Shown here: positions 1 through 6,773 of the stretch, piece after piece
Layout: the number at the start of each line of letters is the position of its first letter
Position numbering within the stretch: the stretch's first letter is position 1
Assembly (NCBI RefSeq): GCF_035539035.1
Contig: NZ_DATLJI010000013.1
Coordinates: forward strand, 44,743-108,742
DNA: 64,000 nt
DNA from: Phenylobacterium sp.
GTDB taxonomy: Bacteria; Pseudomonadota; Alphaproteobacteria; Caulobacterales; Caulobacteraceae
Direction of reading: 5' to 3'
Position numbers and translations under genes: made by a program
Notes under the pieces: generated by a model
What the model was told of the DNA's origin: nothing
Databases searched by the model: none
Seen by the model: only the letters and a program-made list of their open reading frames with translations

Positions 1-255
1 CACGGCGATCATCTTCTGCTGGGCGACGAAGCCGTGCCAGCAGCCGAGGCTCTGGGTGTACTTGGAGGAGTCGGCGTCATAGGCCGCCATGTCCTCGCGC
101 ATGATCGAGGCGGTGTACTTGGCGATCTCCAGGCCGGTCTTGAACCGGTTCTGCAGGCGCATGCGGGCCACGGCTTCGGGATCGATTCCGTCCCACGTGC
201 CGTTCTTGCTCTGGATGAGCTGGCCCATCTCGATAATGTGGTCCTGGTAAGCCAT
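1..255 (-). CDS. aceA: isocitrate lyase, N-terminal 85 codons (gene continues past window start)
   Basis: Reverse translation from ATG at 253-255 gives MAYQDHIIEMGQLIQSKNGTWDGIDPEAVARMRLQNRFKTGLEIAKYTASIMREDMAAYDADSSKYTQSLGCWHGFVAQQKMIAV. This is the typical N-terminus of long-form bacterial isocitrate lyases (KYTQSLGCWHGF block). It is not in the ORF track because it is truncated; track ORF 9..380 is another frame. Confidence 0.85.
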   Translation of the reverse strand, partial: MAYQDHIIEMGQLIQSKNGTWDGIDPEAVARMRLQNRFKTGLEIAKYTASIMREDMAAYDADSSKYTQSLGCWHGFVAQQKMIAV

Positions 256-287
256 GTGCCTCTTCCACGGATTGACTGGCGCTTTGA

Positions 288-313
288 CAAGCGTTCGAGG
301 CCTTTAACGCTTG
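288..313. promoter_or_regulatory. perfect inverted repeat CAAGCGTT-N10-AACGCTTG in the aceA/regulator divergent spacer (candidate operator)
   Basis: Read directly: caagcgtt(288-295) cgaggccttt aacgcttg(306-313). It lies between divergent start codons at 255 and 410. Confidence 0.35.
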
Positions 314-373
314 AAATCCAAAGCGGGAAAGCGCCGCCGTGTTGGCAAAAGGCGTGTCTGTAACAGCTCGCCA

Positions 374-399
374 TTGTCATAGTTGTAAATCTGTGACAA
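374..399. promoter_or_regulatory. inverted repeat TTGTCA-N14-TGACAA just upstream of the regulator start (candidate operator/promoter element)
   Basis: ttgtca(374-379) and tgacaa(394-399). A third TGACAA half-site lies in cTTTGACAAg at 283-290. Confidence 0.3.
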
Positions 400-409
400 A
401 CACACAGCC

Positions 410-1849
410 ATGGCTCTCGCCTCGACAGACCGGAAGCTGTTCCTCGGCGCCCGCATGAAGCGCCTGCGCCGGGAGCTGGGGCTGACCCAGACCCGGATGG
501 CCGAGGACCTTGGGGTCTCCCCCAGCTACCTCAACCTCCTTGAGCGCAACCAGCGGCCGGTGACGGCCCAGGTGCTGCTCAGGCTGGCCGAGGCCTACGA
601 CCTCGATCTGAAGACCCTGTCGTCGGACCCGGAGTCGGCCAGCGCCACGGGCCTGTCGGAAGTGTTCTCCGACCAGATGTTCCGCGACCTGGGCGTCGCC
701 CGCCACGAGATCGCCGAGGTGGCGGATTCCGCGCCCGGCGTGTCGGAGGCGATCGTGCGGCTCTACCGCGCCTACCTCGACCAGCGCCGCATCGCCGACC
801 TTGGCGGCGTCGGGCGGCCGGAGGACGGCACCCTGGTGCAGCCGGTGGTCACGCCGTCGGACTGGGTGCGGGACTACATCCAGGCCCAGAAGAACCACTT
901 CGCCGACCTGGAGGACGCCGCCGACGCATTGTCGGCCGAGCTGAAGTCCGAGCCGCAGGACTTCCCGCAGGCCGCCCGCGAGCGGCTGGCCCGGAACTTC
1001 GGCGTGCAGGTGCGGGTGGTGCCGGTGGACGTCCTGCCCGAGAGCGTCCGGCGGTTCGACTACCACAGGAAGCGGCTGTTCCTGTCGGAGGTGCTGACCG
1101 GGGCCGGGCGCAACTTCAGCCTGGCCTACCAGCTGGCGCTGCTGGAGCACCGCGAACTCCTGGAGACCCTGGCCGACAAGGCCGCGCCGCCGGACCGGCC
1201 GACCCGCAATCTCCTGAAGGTCAGCCTGGCCAACTACCTGGCCGCCGCGGTGCTGATGCCCTACGGGGCCTTCTACGAGGCGGCCGAGCGCACGGCCTAC
1301 GACATCGAACTGGTCCGCGCCCGCTTCGGGGTGTCGTTCGAGCAGGCCTGCCATCGGCTGACGACCCTGGCCCGGCCCGGGACGCGGGGGGTGCCGTTCT
1401 TCATGGTGCGGGTGGATTCGGCGGGCAACATCTCCAAGCGGTTCGCCGGCTCGGCCTTCCCGTTCTCGCGGTTCGGCGGCGCCTGCCCCAGGTGGAACAT
1501 CCACTCCAGCTTCCGCACGCCCGGGCGGATCATCACCCAGATCATCGAGACGCCGGACGGCCAGCGCTACTTCACCATCGCGCGCACCGTGGCGCGGGTG
1601 GCGCGGCCCTTCGCCTCGGAGGAGTCGGACCTCGCCATCGGCATGGGCTGCGAGCTGAAGTACGCCGAGCGGCTGGTCTATTCGCGCGGGCTCGACCTGC
1701 GCGATCCGGTGGCCACGGGAATCGGGCCCGCCTGCCGGATCTGCGAGCGCCCGGCCTGTCCGCAGCGCGCCGCGGAGCCGATCAGCCGGACGCTTACCGT
1801 CGACGACTTCACCAAGTCGATCACGCCCTATCCCTTCGCCTCGACCTGA
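410..1849 (+). CDS. XRE-family HTH regulator with ImmA/IrrE-like metallopeptidase-type and DUF2083-type C-terminal region (short-chain fatty acyl-CoA regulator / RamB-PrpR type)
   Basis: The N-terminus KLFLGARMKRLRRELGLTQTRMAEDLGVSPSYLNLLERNQRPVTAQVLLRLAEAYDLDL is a Cro/C1-type HTH. The protein is 479 aa with a Cys-rich C-terminus (CPRWN...CRICERPACPQR). Divergent from isocitrate lyase, as in RamB/PrpR loci. Confidence 0.8.
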   Translation: MALASTDRKLFLGARMKRLRRELGLTQTRMAEDLGVSPSYLNLLERNQRPVTAQVLLRLAEAYDLDLKTLSSDPESASATGLSEVFSDQMFRDLGVARHEIAEVADSAPGVSEAIVRLYRAYLDQRRIADLGGVGRPEDGTLVQPVVTPSDWVRDYIQAQKNHFADLEDAADALSAELKSEPQDFPQAARERLARNFGVQVRVVPVDVLPESVRRFDYHRKRLFLSEVLTGAGRNFSLAYQLALLEHRELLETLADKAAPPDRPTRNLLKVSLANYLAAAVLMPYGAFYEAAERTAYDIELVRARFGVSFEQACHRLTTLARPGTRGVPFFMVRVDSAGNISKRFAGSAFPFSRFGGACPRWNIHSSFRTPGRIITQIIETPDGQRYFTIARTVARVARPFASEESDLAIGMGCELKYAERLVYSRGLDLRDPVATGIGPACRICERPACPQRAAEPISRTLTVDDFTKSITPYPFAST

Positions 1850-1919
1850 CTGAGAGCGGTACCCACTGGCGCGCCCGTGTTTCACGTGCGCAAAATGCCG
1901 GACCAGTTGGGGGAGACGT

Positions 1920-3149
1920 ATGGCGCAGCGTAGCGCGGCCCGAGCCACGGACCGTTTTGAGCGTAAGCGGGAGGCGATCCTCGACGCGGCCACGGAGATC
2001 CTCAACCGCAAGGGCGTTAAGGGCCTGACCCTGGGCGTGGCCGCCGCCGCCGTGGACCTCTCCACCACCAGCGTCACCTACTATTTCAAGCGCAAGGACG
2101 ACCTGGCCGCCGCCTGCATGATGCGCGGCATCGAGGCCATGCATTGGTGCATGGAGCAGGCCCTCCTGGAGTCCACCCGCGAGGCCCGGCTGCACCGCCT
2201 TCTCACTTTGCACCTGGAGCGGCTGCGGCTGACGGCGGTGAACGAGGCGCCGCCGTTGCCGGTGCTCTCCGACCTGAGGGCGCTGAACCAGCCGCGCCGG
2301 GGCGAGGTGCGGAAGGCCTACGGCAAGATGTTCCGCAAGCTGCGGGAGATCTTCGAATCCCCCGACCTCGACTGGCTGACCCGCGGCCGCCGCACGGCGC
2401 GGACCCACATGCTGCTCGAGCAGCTCCTGTGGGCGCCCGCCTGGATCGGCAAGTACGACCCCGAGGACTACGACCGCGTCCGCGACCGCATGTACGATAT
2501 CCTGGTCGAGGGCATGGCGGCCGAGCGCTCGACCTGGGGCCCCGCGCCGATCCCGGTCTCCGAGCTCGCGCCGCGCGACCGTCAGGAGATGAGCCGCGAG
2601 ACCTTCCTCCTGGCCGCCACCCGGCTGATCAATTCCCGCGGCTACAAGGGCGCCTCGGTGGACAAGATCTCCGCCGAGCTGAACGTCACCAAGGGCAGCT
2701 TCTACCACCACAACGACGCCAAGGACGACCTGGTGGTCGCCTGCTTCGACCGCACCTTCGAGGTGATGACGCGGGTGCAGCGCCTGGCCATGGCCCTGCC
2801 GGGCGACCAGTGGACCCACCTGTCGAGCGCGGCCGCGGCGCTGGCCGAGTACCAGCTCTCCGAGCACGGGCCGTTGCTGCGGGTCTCGGCGCTGACCGCC
2901 CTTCCCGAGCCGATACGCCGCCAGATGGTGCAGCACTCCGACCGGGTGTCGGACCGCTTCGCCTCGATGATCTCGGACGGCATAGCCGAGGGCTCGATCC
3001 GGCCGGTGGACCCGTTCATCGCCGCGCAGATGCTGAACGCCACCCTGAACGCAGGCGCCGAGCTCGGCTATTGGGTCCCGGGCGTCAGCCAGAAGGCCGC
3101 GCCGGCGGTGTTCGCCCGGCCGCTGCTGATGGGCATCTTCGGAAAATAG
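1920..3149 (+). CDS. TetR/AcrR-family regulator, single chain with two complete TetR units (tandem/double TetR)
   Basis: Two HTH signatures: REAILDAATEILNRKGVKGLTLGVAAAAVDLSTTSVTYYFKRKDDL (aa ~17-62) and RETFLLAATRLINSRGYKGASVDKISAELNVTKGSFYHHNDAKDDL (aa ~226-271). At 409 aa it is about twice the usual TetR length. SD GGGGGAG lies before the ATG. Confidence 0.8.
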   Translation: MAQRSAARATDRFERKREAILDAATEILNRKGVKGLTLGVAAAAVDLSTTSVTYYFKRKDDLAAACMMRGIEAMHWCMEQALLESTREARLHRLLTLHLERLRLTAVNEAPPLPVLSDLRALNQPRRGEVRKAYGKMFRKLREIFESPDLDWLTRGRRTARTHMLLEQLLWAPAWIGKYDPEDYDRVRDRMYDILVEGMAAERSTWGPAPIPVSELAPRDRQEMSRETFLLAATRLINSRGYKGASVDKISAELNVTKGSFYHHNDAKDDLVVACFDRTFEVMTRVQRLAMALPGDQWTHLSSAAAALAEYQLSEHGPLLRVSALTALPEPIRRQMVQHSDRVSDRFASMISDGIAEGSIRPVDPFIAAQMLNATLNAGAELGYWVPGVSQKAAPAVFARPLLMGIFGK

Positions 3150-3152
3150 GTC

Positions 3153-3470
3153 CTAAGTCGCGGCGCGGTGCGCCTCGATCTCCTCCGGCTCACGCTCGTC
3201 GAGGCCGCTCAGCTCCTCGCGGGCGCCCTCCTGGGCGCGCAACAGCTCGTCGAGCTTGGCCTGGATGGCCTGCGTGTCCCGGTGTTCGGCGCGCTGGATG
3301 AACAGGGTCATCATCCAGGTGGCGAGCGTCGCCACCCCGTGCATGTCCAGGCTGTGCCGGTCGAAGACGATCCAGGCCAGGGTGTAGAGCCCCAGCACCA
3401 CGAAGGCCGCCGGGCGCGCCGTGAACACGCCGAGGCTGGTGAGGCCGCGTCTGACCGGATGGTCCGCCAT
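3153..3470 (-). CDS. low-affinity iron permease (Fet4-like, PF04120-type) family small membrane protein
   Basis: 105 aa with two TM segments, followed by the LFIQRAEHRDTQAIQAKLDELLRA motif typical of this family. Confidence 0.55.
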   Translation of the reverse strand: MADHPVRRGLTSLGVFTARPAAFVVLGLYTLAWIVFDRHSLDMHGVATLATWMMTLFIQRAEHRDTQAIQAKLDELLRAQEGAREELSGLDEREPEEIEAHRAAT

Positions 3471-3504
3471 TCGCCGCCAACGCGGGGCCGGCGCGGCCGT
3501 TCCG

Positions 3505-4989
3505 TCAGGGGGAGAGCTTCGCCGTCGACGAAGGCGGCTCCCCGTGCTCCGCGAGCTCGGTCGCCGCCGCCAGGCGGGCCAGCGACTCCTCGTGGCTGCG
3601 CCGGCTGATCCGGTATCCGGCCAGGCAGACCAGAGCGATCACATACAGGGCCCCGAGCACCGGGACGTAGGTGGCGCCCAGGCGATGGAGCACGTCGGCC
3701 GGCACTTGGCCCGGCTGGGCGCCCTGCGGAAACTGCACGAAGCCCAGCAGCATGCCGGAGGCGAAGATGCCCACTCCGCTCACCGCCTTCTGGATGAAGG
3801 CGGCGGCGGCGAAGAACAGCCCCTCCTGCCGCCGGCCCGTGCGCAGCTCGGAGTCCTCCACCACGTCGGCGATCATCGAGTTCAGCAGGATCGCGCCGGC
3901 CGTGCCCATGGCGGTCGAGATCACGTTCTGCACGAAGATCAGGGGATAGATCCCGCCCCACGCGTTGCCCGGCAGAACGCCGGTCAGGCGCAGCATGATT
4001 GGGGTGGCGCCGACCAGCAGGGAGGCGATGATCATCGCCATGGCGGAGGGCCGCTTGTTGAACCGCCGCGACACCGTCGGCGCCAGGATCGCGCCAATGA
4101 TCGCCGCGGTCAGGCTGGAAAACGAGAAGTAGGCGATCTGCTCGCGGGAGAACTCCCAGAAATAGGTCGACATGTAGGTGGAGATCGAGAACAGCAGCCC
4201 CACCGCCATGGAGAAGAACAGGTAGGCGCCCAGCAGCGCCAGGAACGACCGGTTGGCGAGCGTGCCGAACATCTCGCGCACCAACACTCCCAGGGTGGCC
4301 TCGCGGTGCGGGGCCTCGCGCAGGCGGGGGATCTCGCGATGGGTGCCGAGCGCCGACACGAGGATGGCCACGGCCATGATGATCGCCGCGGCGAAGCCGT
4401 AGGTCGAATAGCCGGCGGGGTTGAGCTGGCCCACCGGGTGCTCGGCGTCGGGCTTGAGGAACACCATCCAGGCGGCGAAGTAGATAGCCAAGCCGCCGAT
4501 CCAGGAGAACAGCATCCGCCAGGAGAGCAGGCGGGTGCGCTCGTCGTAGTCGGTGGTCAGCTCCGCGGCGAGCGCCTGCGAGGGGATTTCGTAGACCGTG
4601 ATGAAGCTGCGGATCAGGATCGCCACCACGATCAGGTAGACGAACAGGGCGTCGTGGCCCCAGCCGGCCGGCGGGTTCCAGAGGAGGACGTAGCTGACCG
4701 CGACGGGGATCGCCGCGGCGTACATGAAGGGGTGGCGGCGGCCCCACCTGGAGCGCCAATTGTCCGAGACCTGGCCGACGATGGGGTCGATGAAGGCGTC
4801 GACGCAGAGCGCGATCATGATCGCCAGGCCGACGGTCTGGGCCGGCAGGCCCATGACCTGGTTGTAGAAGATCAGCAGGAAGTAGTTGAAGCCGTTGTCC
4901 TTCACCCCGAAGGCGATGGTCCCCGACCCGTAGAACAGCCGCGTCGGCAGGCTGAGGCGACGCGCGGTCGGGTTCACGGCGGCTGTCAC
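3505..4989 (-). CDS. MFS transporter, glycoside-pentoside-hexuronide (GPH):cation symporter family, copy 1
   Basis: 494 aa with about 12 TM segments. Carries the DPIVGQVSDNWRSRWGRRHPF motif (GPH/MelB-like). GTG start is preceded by GGAGGAGAGGGG. Confidence 0.8.
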   Translation of the reverse strand: MTAAVNPTARRLSLPTRLFYGSGTIAFGVKDNGFNYFLLIFYNQVMGLPAQTVGLAIMIALCVDAFIDPIVGQVSDNWRSRWGRRHPFMYAAAIPVAVSYVLLWNPPAGWGHDALFVYLIVVAILIRSFITVYEIPSQALAAELTTDYDERTRLLSWRMLFSWIGGLAIYFAAWMVFLKPDAEHPVGQLNPAGYSTYGFAAAIIMAVAILVSALGTHREIPRLREAPHREATLGVLVREMFGTLANRSFLALLGAYLFFSMAVGLLFSISTYMSTYFWEFSREQIAYFSFSSLTAAIIGAILAPTVSRRFNKRPSAMAMIIASLLVGATPIMLRLTGVLPGNAWGGIYPLIFVQNVISTAMGTAGAILLNSMIADVVEDSELRTGRRQEGLFFAAAAFIQKAVSGVGIFASGMLLGFVQFPQGAQPGQVPADVLHRLGATYVPVLGALYVIALVCLAGYRISRRSHEESLARLAAATELAEHGEPPSSTAKLSP

Positions 4990-5034
4990 GAGGTCCCCTC
5001 TCCTCCGGCGGCCGTTCGGCCTGCCTTTGACCTA

Positions 5035-5064
5035 ACGGTGCGGGCCGCCCAGACCGACGTCAAC
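5035..5064 (-). promoter_or_regulatory. promoter-like bipartite motif GTTGACG-N15-CGCACCGT upstream of MFS copy 1
   Basis: Minus-strand reading 5064->5035 is GTTGACG TCGGTCTGGGCGGCC CGCACCGT, 46 nt upstream of the GTG at 4989. One of three identical-box copies. Confidence 0.5.
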
Positions 5065-5067
5065 CGG

Positions 5068-6582
5068 TCACGGCTTTATGGGTGCGGGCTCACCGGGCAG
5101 GGCGGGCGGGGCCTCGGGATCATCGGCGATCTGCTCGGCGGCGGCGGCCGAAACCTCGCGCAGGCGACGCAGGTTCTCCTCGTGCATCTTCCGGGTGATG
5201 TTGAAGGCCAGCAGGCAGAGGATCGCCAGGCCGTAGAGACCGACGAGGGTCGGGATGTAGGCGAGGCCCAGGCTGCGCAGGGTCTCCGGCGCGATCTGCG
5301 AGCGCTCCGCCTTCTCCGGGAAGTCCACGAACGCCAGCACGCCGGTGGCGATGAACACCCCCATGCCGGAGATCACCTTGCGGAACAGGTTCTGGGCCGA
5401 GAGCAGCAGGCCCTCCGACCGGCGGCCGGTCTTCACCTCCGCGTCCTCGACCACGTCGGCGATGATGGAGAACAGCAGCACCCCGGTGGCGGCCGCCAGC
5501 GTCGCGTTGATGATCTCCTCGCCGTAGAGCAGGACCAGCAGCTCGGGGGAGCCGTTCTCGGGCGCGAGGCCCAGGAGCCGCAGGGACACGGGCGTGATGT
5601 GGACCAGAACGGCCGTGGCGAAGACGGTGATCACGCCCCACTTCTTGCCGAGGTAGCGGCCGACGATGGGCGCGAGGAACACGCCCATGAAACCGCCGAT
5701 GACGCTGAAGGTGGCCAGGGTTGCGAGCTGCGACTGGCGCAGTTCCCAGAAGTAGAGGCCGAAATAGATCTCCAGCCCGTTGCGCGCCCCGACCGCGATG
5801 GCGATCAGCATGGCGGCGACGGTGGTGACGATGAAGGCGCGGTTGTTCAGGGTGGCGGCCACCTCGCGCAGCATGGCGGGGATGGTGATCTGGCGCGCCG
5901 GAGCCTGGTGCAGGTGCGGGATGTGCTTCGCCGTGCCCAGGGTCGATACGAGGATCGTCGTGAAGATGATGATCGCCCCGGTGAGCGAGTAGGCGAAGTA
6001 GCCGTCGCGGGCCAGCACCCCGCCGGTGCCGTCCGGCCGCTCCTTCAGGAAGACCTGATAGGCCAGGATCGTCATGCCGAGACCGCCCGCCACCATGAAG
6101 AAGTGCCGCATGGAGAGCAGGATGGTGCGCTCGTCGTAGTCGCGGGCCAGCTCGGGGGCGAGCGCCTGGTGCGGCAGCTCGAAGAAGGTGTCGAACACGC
6201 GGACGGAGATGACGCAGACGGCGAGGTAGGCTGCCAGCGCGCCATCGCTCCAGCCCACCGGCGGGTTCCACAATAGGTAGAACGAGGCCGCGTAAGGAAG
6301 CGCAGAGGCCAGCATGAAGGGATGGCGCCGGCCCCAGCGGGAGCGGAAGTTGTCCGAGATCTGGCCGACGATCGGATCCAGGACCGCGTCCACCACGAGC
6401 GCCGCCATGAGGATCGCGCCCACCGTCTCCGGCGGCAGGCCCACCACCTGGTTGTAGAAGATCACCAGGAAGGTGGAGAGCGCGCGCAGCTTGAGGTTGG
6501 TGGCGGCGGCGCCGACGGCGTAGAGCAGCTTCGTGCCGAGGCCAGGGCGCCGCCATTCCGCGGGGCTCGCGGTTGCGGTCAT
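5068..6582 (-). CDS. MFS transporter, GPH:cation symporter family, copy 2 (diverged paralog of 3505..4989)
   Basis: Carries the same DPIVGQISDNFRSRWGRRHPF motif. Track ORF extends to 6612, but the ATG at 6582 (MTATASPAEW...) is preceded by GGGAGGAAACC and aligns with the copy-1 N-terminus. Confidence 0.8.
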   Translation of the reverse strand: MTATASPAEWRRPGLGTKLLYAVGAAATNLKLRALSTFLVIFYNQVVGLPPETVGAILMAALVVDAVLDPIVGQISDNFRSRWGRRHPFMLASALPYAASFYLLWNPPVGWSDGALAAYLAVCVISVRVFDTFFELPHQALAPELARDYDERTILLSMRHFFMVAGGLGMTILAYQVFLKERPDGTGGVLARDGYFAYSLTGAIIIFTTILVSTLGTAKHIPHLHQAPARQITIPAMLREVAATLNNRAFIVTTVAAMLIAIAVGARNGLEIYFGLYFWELRQSQLATLATFSVIGGFMGVFLAPIVGRYLGKKWGVITVFATAVLVHITPVSLRLLGLAPENGSPELLVLLYGEEIINATLAAATGVLLFSIIADVVEDAEVKTGRRSEGLLLSAQNLFRKVISGMGVFIATGVLAFVDFPEKAERSQIAPETLRSLGLAYIPTLVGLYGLAILCLLAFNITRKMHEENLRRLREVSAAAAEQIADDPEAPPALPGEPAPIKP

Positions 6583-6654
6583 GGTTTCCTCCCGCCGCGA
6601 TGGAGCGGCCAAATTCCCTAGATCGGCGGCTCTGGCGACCGCCGTAATGACCGG

Positions 6655-6684
6655 ACGGTGCGGGCGGTCTGCCGCAGCGTCAAC
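6655..6684 (-). promoter_or_regulatory. promoter-like bipartite motif GTTGACG-N15-CGCACCGT upstream of MFS copy 2
   Basis: Minus-strand reading 6684->6655 is GTTGACG CTGCGGCAGACCGCC CGCACCGT. Confidence 0.5.
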
Positions 6685-6716
6685 GGATTTGATCTTTCAG
6701 CCCCGACACACGGCCG

Positions 6717-6751
6717 CAAAGAAAAGGGCGCGCCGCGGACGGCGCGCCCCT
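6717..6751 (-). terminator. intrinsic terminator downstream of the TonB-dependent receptor
   Basis: On the minus strand, the AGGGGCGCGCCG-tccg-CGGCGCGCCCTT hairpin is followed by TTCTTTG, starting about 20 nt after the stop at 6774. Confidence 0.65.
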
Positions 6752-6773
6752 CGATGACCGTCCTCGCGGCGGC

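Noticed and set aside
377-2077. A 566-aa minus-strand ORF opposite the XRE/RamB-type regulator.
   Set aside because: It is an antisense artefact. The plus-strand frame carries a clear HTH and a conserved C-terminal domain.
3421-6276. A 951-aa plus-strand ORF spanning both MFS genes and their spacer.
   Set aside because: It lies antisense to two well-supported transporter genes. Its composition is Arg/Gly/Ala/Asp/His-rich and low-complexity, with no recognisable domain and no SD. This is a typical stop-codon-poor antisense frame of a ~70% GC genome.
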